Origin: an uncultured Candidatus Binatia bacterium
GTDB taxonomy: Bacteria > Desulfobacterota > Binatia > Bin18
Reading direction: 5' to 3'
NCBI GenBank assembly: GCA_965214605.1
Contig: OZ243961.1
Coordinates: forward strand, 256,001 to 320,000
Length of the DNA: 64,000 nucleotides
Numbering within the stretch: position 1 is the stretch's first letter; every line of letters starts with the position of its first letter. Both the position numbers and the translations under genes were made by a program. Positions 1 through 8,964 of the stretch are shown here, piece by piece. A model generated the notes under the pieces. The model ran no database searches. It saw only the letters and a program-made list of their open reading frames with translations, and was not told where the DNA came from.

Positions 1-420
1 AGCACAATACCAAAGGGATTTGCAGAAAGCGCTGCCAGCCGTCGTGAAATCGAAATCAAAGCGATGGATGCGGTTATGGAGACGGAGCGCGCACTCGGCA
101 ACGAGCCATGTGACGTATCCGAGCAAAAAGTCGGTTACGACATTCTATCCTTCGATCCTGAGAAGAAGGTTCAACGATTTATAGAAGTGAAAGGCCGGAT
201 TGAGGGAGCTGACAACGTGATGCTAACGCGCAATGAAATTATCACTTCGCTTAACAAACCAGACGATTACATTTTAGCCATAGTCCAAGTAAACGAAGAG
301 TACGTGCATGAACCAAAGTATGTACGCGGCGCTCTTTCTGAACATGAGCCATCGTTCGAGCATACGGCGATCCAGTTTAACTTAAACAGCCTGCTAGAGC
401 GGGCAGGGGCCCCTCAATGA
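1..420 (+). CDS. C-terminal end of a probable SNF2-family helicase with DUF3883 (PD-(D/E)xK-like) domain, 5' partial
   Basis: Frame open from base 1. Motif GYDILS...RFIEVKGR...LTRNE is typical of DUF3883. ATGA overlap with the DUF1156 gene. The helicase identity is inferred from context. Confidence 0.8.
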   Translation, partial: STIPKGFAESAASRREIEIKAMDAVMETERALGNEPCDVSEQKVGYDILSFDPEKKVQRFIEVKGRIEGADNVMLTRNEIITSLNKPDDYILAIVQVNEEYVHEPKYVRGALSEHEPSFEHTAIQFNLNSLLERAGAPQ

Positions 421-3143
421 CGGAAGAGAATTACAAGAAAAAGCTGATTGAAGTTGCAATACCTTTGGAGGCTATAAACAAAGCATCGGCGCGAGAAAAA
501 TCTATACGACACAGTCATCCAAGCACTCTGCATTTATGGTGGGCACGTCGTCCGCTTGCAGCTTGTCGAGCTATCCTGTTCTCCCAACTTGTGGATGATC
601 CATCGGCCCATCCGGATAAATTTCCGACAGAGGAAGCGCAAGAGAAAGAGCGACAACGGCTCTTTAAAATCATAGAAGATCTCGTTGTCTGGGAAAATAG
701 TACAAACGAAGGTGTACTGGAGCGCGCAAGAGAGGAAATTCGGAAAAGTTGCGACGGCGAACTGCCTCCGGTTCATGATCCATTTTCTGGAGGAGGTTCA
801 ATCCCACTCGAAGCGCAGCGTTTAGGGTTGCCAGCATATGGTAGCGATCTTAATCCCGTCGCAGTAATCATCGGCAAGGCGATGATAGAAATCCCACCCA
901 AATACAAAGATATGAAACCAGTCCACCCTAGATCAGCGGAGCAACTGAACTATCAGGGAGCGGAGGGATTGGCCGAAGACATCCTGTGGTACGCAGGAGA
1001 GCTCCGGGAACGAGCCTGGAAAAAAATTGGGCACCTTTACCCAAAGGTAACTCTCTCAAAAGAAGATGGGGGCGGAGAAGCCACCGTTCTCGCTTGGCTA
1101 TGGGCACGAACAGTTGCGAGCCCAAACCCCGCAATGGGTGGCGCATATATACCTCTAATTTCAAACTACTGGCTCTGTAAAAAGCCAAAGAAAAAGGTAT
1201 GGATTCAGCCGGTCATTAATGGCAAATCCATCTCTTTCGAAGTACATCGTGGGACACCCAAAGATGAAGAAACAATCTCAGCGGGCACAAAGTCAGGTCG
1301 AGGGGCAAATTTTAGATGCATATTGAGTGGGGACGCTGTTACAGCCGAATACGTCAAAGCTGAAGGCATGACCGGGCGAATGGGCTGGCGCCTAGTAGCG
1401 ATAGTTGCTGAGGGCAAAGGCGGTAGGCGTTATGCCTCTCCGACTGAGGAGCATGAGCAACTTGCATTTTCAGAGAAGCCAGATTGGAGACCTGAGTTTC
1501 CGTTATCCCAACATCCGCAATATATGAGTGTAACAAACTATGGTCCGACAAATGTGTCCGATCTTTTTATGGACCGCCAAACTGTAGCATTGAATACATT
1601 CATTGACCTGATACCGGAGCTCGTGGGAGAGATAAATGGCCCTCAAGGTTACCGTCAAGCAATTGAAGTCTATTTGTCGCTAGGTGTCAGTCGGTTGGCC
1701 AACCGACAATCCACGAATACGTTCTGGCATACCAGCGGTGAAAAGGTTGAACAGGTTTTTGCAATGCAAGCATTGCCAATGCGATGGGATACTGCTGAAG
1801 GAAATCCTTTTTCCTCATCGTCAGGAAATTTTATCGGCCAGGTTGAGTATCTTGAGAAGAGTGTCAGAGCACTTCCACGTAGAAATGCGAGCGGTCAATT
1901 AATACAGAATGATGCCCAAAACGTGGACTTCGACAATCGCGTAGTTTCGACCGATCCACCCTATTACGATAACGTTCCCTACGCCGACCTTTCCGATTTC
2001 TTTTACGTCTGGCTACGCCGGGCGTTAAAGGATCAATACAGCGACCTGTTTGGTACAGTACTGGCTCCTAAAGCAGAAGAGTTAGTAGCGGATTATAAAA
2101 GGCATCACGGTCGAGACGAAGCAGACAAATTCTTCCTTGATGGAATGACGGAAGTGTTGCGGCACATGGCTACGCAAGGCCGCCAGGACGTACCAGCATC
2201 GATCTATTACGCATTTCGACAGGGAGAGGTCGATGAAGGAGGAATATCGTCAAAGGGTTGGGCAACCTTCCTACAATCGATAATTGCGGCCGGCTATCAA
2301 ATCGGAGCCACATGGCCAGTTCGAACAGAATTGGTTGGTAATTTGAAGAAGAACCGGAATGCTCTGGCAACATCCGTTGTTATGTCCTGCCGTCCACGCC
2401 GGAAAAACGCGGAAATCGTGTCCAGGGTTGAATTTATTCGTGCGCTAAAAAAAGAGCTGCCCATTGCATTAAAGGAAATGCATCACGCAAACATTGCTCC
2501 TGTCGATGTCTCGCAAGCATCCATTGGCCCCGGTATCGGAATATTAAGCCGATACAAATCAGTTTTGGAGAGCGATGACACCTCAATGTCGGTGAAATCG
2601 GCATTGCAAATAATCAATGAAGAGCTGGATTCATTTTTGACAGAACAGGAGGGCGAATTTGATGCAGAAACCCGATTCGCTGTGACCTGGTTTGAGCAGA
2701 ACGGATTGAACGCTGGAGAATTCGGCGATGCCGACAATCTAGCGCGGGCTCGCGGTGTGTCGGTAGATAGTGTTAAGCACGCTGGCATTGTCGAATCTTC
2801 TGCTGGCAAAGTCCGGCTACTTTCCCGTGCCGAATTGGAAGACGGATGGATGCCTGCAAACGATACTCATCTTACTATATGGGAGTGCACCCAGTATTTA
2901 CTTCGCGCCTTACAGGATGAAGGTGAATATGCGGCGGCTACTCTCTTAAAGCGGATGAGTCCGGGAACGGCGGACTCGGCTCGTGATCTCGCATACCGCC
3001 TGTTCGATATCTGCGATAAACAGGGAGAGTCGAAGGAAGCTAGCTCTTATAATTCTCTGATTGCTGTATGGCCGGACCTCACAGCACAGGCCGCAACGAT
3101 CTCAGACGTAGAGCTGGGACAAGAACAGCTCAGCATGATCTAA
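417..3143 (+). CDS. DUF1156-domain adenine-specific DNA methyltransferase
   Basis: N-terminal HLWWARRPLAACRA (DUF1156), SAM-binding DPFSGGGSIP and catalytic TDPPYY motif. Confidence 0.92.
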   Translation: MTEENYKKKLIEVAIPLEAINKASAREKSIRHSHPSTLHLWWARRPLAACRAILFSQLVDDPSAHPDKFPTEEAQEKERQRLFKIIEDLVVWENSTNEGVLERAREEIRKSCDGELPPVHDPFSGGGSIPLEAQRLGLPAYGSDLNPVAVIIGKAMIEIPPKYKDMKPVHPRSAEQLNYQGAEGLAEDILWYAGELRERAWKKIGHLYPKVTLSKEDGGGEATVLAWLWARTVASPNPAMGGAYIPLISNYWLCKKPKKKVWIQPVINGKSISFEVHRGTPKDEETISAGTKSGRGANFRCILSGDAVTAEYVKAEGMTGRMGWRLVAIVAEGKGGRRYASPTEEHEQLAFSEKPDWRPEFPLSQHPQYMSVTNYGPTNVSDLFMDRQTVALNTFIDLIPELVGEINGPQGYRQAIEVYLSLGVSRLANRQSTNTFWHTSGEKVEQVFAMQALPMRWDTAEGNPFSSSSGNFIGQVEYLEKSVRALPRRNASGQLIQNDAQNVDFDNRVVSTDPPYYDNVPYADLSDFFYVWLRRALKDQYSDLFGTVLAPKAEELVADYKRHHGRDEADKFFLDGMTEVLRHMATQGRQDVPASIYYAFRQGEVDEGGISSKGWATFLQSIIAAGYQIGATWPVRTELVGNLKKNRNALATSVVMSCRPRRKNAEIVSRVEFIRALKKELPIALKEMHHANIAPVDVSQASIGPGIGILSRYKSVLESDDTSMSVKSALQIINEELDSFLTEQEGEFDAETRFAVTWFEQNGLNAGEFGDADNLARARGVSVDSVKHAGIVESSAGKVRLLSRAELEDGWMPANDTHLTIWECTQYLLRALQDEGEYAAATLLKRMSPGTADSARDLAYRLFDICDKQGESKEASSYNSLIAVWPDLTAQAATISDVELGQEQLSMI

Positions 3144-3154
3144 GGGGATCACCA

Positions 3155-6100
3155 ATGGCAAAATCAACTCGACAGTATGTATTCGAAGGCATGGAGCTTC
3201 TCCCAGAGGGCCTTGCGAGCTTCGTGGAGAAACGCCTCGAATCTTCAATTAAAGGTCATTGGCAAGTAGAAGTGCTGGAACGATATCACGGTCTGCGTCC
3301 AAACAAAGACGGTGAAGTTAATTGGGACCAGCAGGCGCTTCTGAAAGTAATGGAAATATTCTGGAATGAAGCTTTTCGAGATGTTTTAGGTCGAACAGAG
3401 CGATCTCTGGTGTCTGAGTTGATGGAGGTTCGTAACAAGGTTTCACACAACGAAAAGTTCTCATATGACGACGCAGAGCGGGCCTTGGACAGTATCCGGC
3501 GACTCCTAACAGGAGTCAGCGCTTCGGAAGCGGCGGACAAAGTCGGTGTAATGCGAGACGAAGTGCTGCGCGTCAAATTCCGCGAACTTGCTCGAAATGA
3601 GGAACGTAAAAAGACCCAGAAATTCGATATTGCTGTAGAAGCCGTCGCTGGATTATTGCCCTGGAAAGAAGTTGTTACCCCGCACGATGACGTTGCTACC
3701 GGAGAGTTTCAGCAGGCGGAGTTTGCCGCAGATTTGGCAAAAGTCTATAACGGAAGCGCACCATCCGAATATCTGAATCCTCAAGAGTTTTTCGCACGCA
3801 CCTACCTAACGGATGGTCTCAGCGTAATGCTCGCTCATGCTGCCAAGAGATTGTCCGGCAAAGGGGGCGATCCAGTCGTCGAGCTACAGACGAATTTTGG
3901 CGGCGGTAAAACACACTCCCTGCTGGCACTCTATCATATGGTCGGCGAACACAGCGCTAAAGACCTTGCTGGACTAGACCAGTTACTTGAGAAAGAAGGT
4001 TTGAGTATTCCGGAAAATGTTTGCCGTGCCGTTTTGGTGGGAACATCGCGTGGACCACAAGATGTGATCAAAACGGTAGACGGACTCACCATACGCACTA
4101 CTTGGGGAGAGATGGCATGGCAATTGGGAGGAAAGGAAGGATATTCACTCGTCAAGGACTGTGACGAGAAAGGCGTTTCACCTGGTTCAGAGCTACTTGA
4201 GAAGCTTTTCAAAGCTTACAGCCCATGCCTAATACTTGTAGATGAATGGGTTGCTTACCTCAGACAGGTATACAAGGTAGAAGGCTTACCATCAGGAACG
4301 TTTGATGCGAACCTGACTTTCGTTCAATCCTTGACAGAAGCCGTTAAAGCATGTCCGGAAACATTGCTAGTTGCGTCTTTGCCAGCGTCCCAGATGGAGG
4401 TTGGCGGCGAAGGTGGACAAGAAGCACTCGCTCGACTCAAACAGACGTTTAGCCGCGTTGAATCCTCATGGATGCCTGCAACACAGGAAGAAAGCTATGA
4501 GATCGTCCGTCGGCGTCTCTTCCAGGAAATATCCGGTGAAAAAGCCCGCCATCGGGACAATGCGATAAAGCAATTCATAAAACTATATCGTGAAGACACG
4601 GATTCTTTCCCACAGGGATGCGAATCCGAAGACTATCGTCGCAAGCTGGAAAAGGCATATCCGATTCATCCCGAGCTGTTTGACCAGCTCTACGTTACCT
4701 GGGGATCGATAGAGAAGTTTCAACGAACACGAGGTGTTCTTCGCCTAATGGCCCAAGTGGTCCATCAGCTTTGGATGGCAAACGACCCTTCGATCACGAT
4801 CATGCCGGGAAGTGTTCCAGCTAGTTCGCCTCGCGTCGAGCCGGAGCTCAGCAAATATCTAGCCCAAGGTTGGGGTTCCATCATTGCTGGAGATATAGAT
4901 GGAACTCAATCGACGCCATACCTAATAGATCAGGGGGCGCCTAACCTGAACCGCTATTCAGCAACCAGGCGAGTTGCTCGCGCCTTATTCCTGGGTTCAG
5001 CGCCCACTTCAGAAGGACAAAATAAAGGGCTTGATGATAAGCACATAAATCTTGGTGTTGTACAGCCGGGAGAAAAGACGAATATTTTTGGAGACGCCCT
5101 ACGCCGTTTGGCAAATCAGGCGAAATTCCTTCACCGCGATCTCGGACGATATTGGTATTCAACCGCACCGAGCCTAAGCCGGATGGCGGCGGATGATGCG
5201 AGACAACTCGAAGAAGAGCTGATACTCGTAACCATCGACCAACTGCTTGCAAAGTATGTAAACAAACTTGCAGATCGTGGTGGGTTCGATTCTGTCCATT
5301 GTGCGCCCAGTTCATCGGCCGACGTAACCGATGAGCCTGGAGGCGTCCGCGCAGCAGTTTTGGGCGTGAAACATGTGCATTCAAGTGGTTGCACTGAGTC
5401 GGAAGCTATGACCGAAGCAAAGGACATTCTGCTGCAACGCGGATCAAGTCCTCGCGTATATCGGAACACTCTAGCCTTTATTGCAGCCGATTCGCGTGCA
5501 TTGGACAATTTGAAAGAAGCGGTCCGTTACTCAATCGCTTGGCAAGGTATTGTATCGAAAACTGTCAGGTTGAATTTGACTCAAAGCGACGCAGCTAGAG
5601 CAAAAGAGCAGCTAGAAGAAGCGAACTCGACTTTGGACACGCGCCTCAAAGAAGCATGGAGCTGGATGATTTATCCAAGCCAATCGGATGCCCATGAAGA
5701 TGTTGAGTTGATTGCCAAGAAGCTATCAACTCAAGATAACGTGCTGGTCCGCGCGACAAAAAAGATGGTCAGCGGGGAGGCCATGTTCACCGAGCTGGGA
5801 CCTGTTCGGCTGAACAGAGACCTCGAAAAGTATATCTGGGCAGATAAACCACACTTAGGGTTAGCCGACTTGTGGGAGTTTCATAATCGGTATGTCTATA
5901 TGCCTCGCCTCAGAGACAAGCAGGTTCTAGCAAAATCAGTTTTGGGGGCAATATCGCAGACTGTTCCTGGGCCTTTCGCATATGCGGAGCATTTTGATGA
6001 CGCAAACGGGAAATACCAAGGGCTGGTAATCGACCAAGGTGTTAATACACTGGTTGTGATAGACGCCGACAGCGTCATCGTGCGACCAAACATTGCCAAT

Positions 6101-6451
6101 GAAAACATGCCCGTGCCCGATATGGAAAGTGGTGGGGACGAAGCACCGTCAGTAGAGGATGTCGCTGAACCTGGTACCGGCGGAGACAAAGCAGAAGATG
6201 ATGGAGCGACAACTGAGCAGCTACCTACACGGTTTCAGGGTACAGTATTGATTTCTTCTGACCGACCCGCCAGAGATATGCACCAATTGGTCGAAGCAAT
6301 TATCGAGCAGCTGACGACAATTCCCGGAGCGTCAGTTGAGTTAAAGCTTGAAATTGATGCTGAGGTTCCAAGCGGGATCGATAAAGCCAAATCAAGAACT
6401 CTACTGGAAAACGCCAATACTTTAGGGTTCATAGACAAAGAGCTGACGTAA
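3155..6451 (+). CDS. DUF499 AAA+ ATPase with N-terminal Swt1-like HEPN domain
   Basis: Walker A QTNFGGGKTH, Walker B ILVDE, EFAADL and YPIHPEL motifs. N-terminal RNKVSH (Rx4H). ATG 3155 preferred over the 3068 start in the ORF track. Confidence 0.9.
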   Translation: MAKSTRQYVFEGMELLPEGLASFVEKRLESSIKGHWQVEVLERYHGLRPNKDGEVNWDQQALLKVMEIFWNEAFRDVLGRTERSLVSELMEVRNKVSHNEKFSYDDAERALDSIRRLLTGVSASEAADKVGVMRDEVLRVKFRELARNEERKKTQKFDIAVEAVAGLLPWKEVVTPHDDVATGEFQQAEFAADLAKVYNGSAPSEYLNPQEFFARTYLTDGLSVMLAHAAKRLSGKGGDPVVELQTNFGGGKTHSLLALYHMVGEHSAKDLAGLDQLLEKEGLSIPENVCRAVLVGTSRGPQDVIKTVDGLTIRTTWGEMAWQLGGKEGYSLVKDCDEKGVSPGSELLEKLFKAYSPCLILVDEWVAYLRQVYKVEGLPSGTFDANLTFVQSLTEAVKACPETLLVASLPASQMEVGGEGGQEALARLKQTFSRVESSWMPATQEESYEIVRRRLFQEISGEKARHRDNAIKQFIKLYREDTDSFPQGCESEDYRRKLEKAYPIHPELFDQLYVTWGSIEKFQRTRGVLRLMAQVVHQLWMANDPSITIMPGSVPASSPRVEPELSKYLAQGWGSIIAGDIDGTQSTPYLIDQGAPNLNRYSATRRVARALFLGSAPTSEGQNKGLDDKHINLGVVQPGEKTNIFGDALRRLANQAKFLHRDLGRYWYSTAPSLSRMAADDARQLEEELILVTIDQLLAKYVNKLADRGGFDSVHCAPSSSADVTDEPGGVRAAVLGVKHVHSSGCTESEAMTEAKDILLQRGSSPRVYRNTLAFIAADSRALDNLKEAVRYSIAWQGIVSKTVRLNLTQSDAARAKEQLEEANSTLDTRLKEAWSWMIYPSQSDAHEDVELIAKKLSTQDNVLVRATKKMVSGEAMFTELGPVRLNRDLEKYIWADKPHLGLADLWEFHNRYVYMPRLRDKQVLAKSVLGAISQTVPGPFAYAEHFDDANGKYQGLVIDQGVNTLVVIDADSVIVRPNIANENMPVPDMESGGDEAPSVEDVAEPGTGGDKAEDDGATTEQLPTRFQGTVLISSDRPARDMHQLVEAIIEQLTTIPGASVELKLEIDAEVPSGIDKAKSRTLLENANTLGFIDKELT

Positions 6452-7102
6452 TTTCTATTGAGCGGTTACTTTGAATAGCCCCTCACCTCATCGCCCAGCG
6501 TGCCGGCTCGGACGGCATCTGAAGGTGCCTTCGCTGCCTGGCTGAAGAACGGCACGCCGCAATCGTCGGGTTCCGTACTCTGATAGCGGTGGCCCTGATC
6601 CCGTATGGGTCCTTTGATGCTCAGCGAGCGGACCTGACGGCGCGGCGGGTCCCCTTGAGCCTACGGGTAAAGTGAGTTTTAGCTATTAGTAGGGAGCAGA
6701 CTTTTGGATTTCCGTAGCAAGCGATTTCAGCTTGGAAGTCATATCCGTGAAGCGTCCTTGTTTCTTGAGCCAAGCACCGGCGGACTCCATTCTTCGAAGA
6801 CTAACCGCATCCAAAGCCCTCTTCTTAGATGGTTTGCTGTCATGAGCAGCAAAATTTGGATTTTCTTGCGATGATCATACTACGGGTGAAGGAACTGGCT
6901 ACGGCCGAGATGCTCACCAACCCAGCTGCCCAGGGTCGAGGTGTTCACGCGGATGAGTGTGTCGGGTGTCAACGATTCCTCGGATCCGGGTTCCGGGATC
7001 GACTTCAGCTCCCGCGACGAGGATCGCATCAGTATTTCAGATTTTAGAGTTGTTGAACGTCGAATAATTAATATAACGTCCATAATAATATATGCTATGA
7101 GG

Positions 7103-7124
7103 TATAATGACCATAAAGATGGAC
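7103..7124 (+). promoter_or_regulatory. -10 box and putative autoregulatory operator of hipBA
   Basis: Perfect TATAAT at 7103-7108, followed by the imperfect palindrome GACCAT-AAAG-ATGGAC just upstream of ATG 7131. Confidence 0.5.
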
Positions 7125-7130
7125 GAAAAA

Positions 7131-7475
7131 ATGAGCAAAACTCAGCTGGACTTGATGCTGCCGATTCCGGTCAGGCGGGCTCTGCGCAAGCTTGGCCAGG
7201 ATATCCGTGATGCCAGGCTCAGGCGGCGCATCTCCATGGCTGTTATGGCAGAACGGGCCTCTATTAGTCGAACAACGCTGAACAAGATAGAAAAGGGTGA
7301 TCCCAGCGTTTCGCTCGGCAACTACGCCAATGTGCTCTTTGTTTTGGGTATGGCGGAACGATTGGGCGACCTGGCGGATGTCAGGACGGATGTGGTGGGT
7401 CTGGAGCTGGAAGAGGAACGCTTGCCGCAACGTATCCGCAAGCCGCGCCGGTCTGGACAGAAGAGCAAAACCTGA
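7131..7475 (+). CDS. XRE-family HTH antitoxin (HipB-like)
   Basis: HTH_3-like LGQDIRDARLRRRIS...ISRTTLNKIEKGD. TGATG overlap with hipA. Confidence 0.85.
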   Translation: MSKTQLDLMLPIPVRRALRKLGQDIRDARLRRRISMAVMAERASISRTTLNKIEKGDPSVSLGNYANVLFVLGMAERLGDLADVRTDVVGLELEEERLPQRIRKPRRSGQKSKT

Positions 7476-8731
7476 TGGAAACAGCAGTGCTTGTCTATGT
7501 GGAGATTGACGGCACGCCGCATCTGGCGGGACGCTTGTGGGCGCGCGTGCGTAAGGGCAGAGAAAGCGCCACCTTCGAATATGATGCGAGCTGGCTCGCA
7601 TATGCAAACCGTTTCGCTCTGGAACCGGCCCTCACGCTTGGCCCGGGCCCCTTTCATACCACGTCAGGTAGGCTCCTGTTTGGCACCATTGGCGACTCCG
7701 CCCCAGACCGCTGGGGTCGGGTTCTAATGCGTCGGGCTGAACGACGACGGGCTGAGCGTGTGGGTGAAACGCTACGCACTTTGATGGAAATCGACTATCT
7801 GCTTGGGGTTGATGATGAAGCCCGTCAGGGCGCCTTGCGCTTTGCCAGTCAGGAGGGAGGCCTGTTTCTTGCCGAACATGAAGCAGCACGCATACCGCCC
7901 CTGATTGATTTGCCACAACTGCTATCGGCAGCGGAACATGTCGTTGGTGATACGGATAGCGACGAGGATTTGCGCCTGCTGTTGGCCCCTGGCTCGTCAT
8001 TGGGTGGCGCGCGTCCCAAGGCTTCTGTTTGGGACCGGGACGGGCATCTTACCATTGCCAAGTTTCCACACAAGGATGACGAGATCAATGTGGTTCTCTG
8101 GGAAGGGGTTGCGCTGCGTCTTGCGGCAAAGTCCGGTATCCCCGTGCCCGACTGGCGAATTGAGTATGTGTTGAACAAGCCGGTACTGCTGTTGCGTCGT
8201 TTCGACCGAGTGCAGGGCGAGCGTATTCCAGTTCTTTCAGCCATGAGTATGCTCGGGGCCAGCGACAACGAGTCACGCAGTTATCTCGAGTTTGTTGATG
8301 CACTGCGCCGGTATGGTGCTGGCCCGGTCCGGGATATGCATGAGCTTTGGCGACGTATCGTTTTCAATATTCTGATTTCCAACACCGATGATCATTTACG
8401 TAATCACGCTTTCCTCTATACCGGTCCGGACGGCTGGCAATTGACCCCAGCCTATGATCTTAATCCGGTACCCACGGATATCAAACCACGCGTTCTGACA
8501 ACAGCCATTGATTTTGATGACGGCTCAGCCTCGCTGGACCTGGCGATGAGCGTGGTGGGATATTTTGAACTGAATGAAAACAAGGCACGCGCGATTGCCG
8601 CCGAAGTCGGGATGGCCGTGAGAACCTGGCGCGAAGAGGCCGCGCGACTGGGGTTGACGCAAGCCGAGATCAATCGCATGGCCTCGGCCTTTGAACATGA
8701 GGATTTGAAGGCGGCGCTTTCTCTTTCTTAA
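7475..8731 (+). CDS. hipA: HipA-family Ser/Thr kinase toxin
   Basis: N-terminal HipA-coupled region (DSAPDRWGR), P-loop GSSLGGARPK, catalytic DDHLRNH, PAYDLNP. Confidence 0.92.
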   Translation: METAVLVYVEIDGTPHLAGRLWARVRKGRESATFEYDASWLAYANRFALEPALTLGPGPFHTTSGRLLFGTIGDSAPDRWGRVLMRRAERRRAERVGETLRTLMEIDYLLGVDDEARQGALRFASQEGGLFLAEHEAARIPPLIDLPQLLSAAEHVVGDTDSDEDLRLLLAPGSSLGGARPKASVWDRDGHLTIAKFPHKDDEINVVLWEGVALRLAAKSGIPVPDWRIEYVLNKPVLLLRRFDRVQGERIPVLSAMSMLGASDNESRSYLEFVDALRRYGAGPVRDMHELWRRIVFNILISNTDDHLRNHAFLYTGPDGWQLTPAYDLNPVPTDIKPRVLTTAIDFDDGSASLDLAMSVVGYFELNENKARAIAAEVGMAVRTWREEAARLGLTQAEINRMASAFEHEDLKAALSLS

Positions 8732-8964
8732 TGTTGGCGAAGGAATGGCGATGACAAAATCTCATGCGAATTAAGGAGGTGATGGTTAACGATAAGCTGC
8801 GTACACTTCCCGTCAACGCGCGGGACGGGCCATTGTAGAAGCTGGTCTATCAGTTGATCGAGAGCGTCTGATACGGCTCGAACGACTGGGTTTGTTTGCC
8901 CCAGTTTTCCGGGTAAGAACATAGAGGCCATATAATTGAATAATCGCGCGGAGAGGACTGGTGA

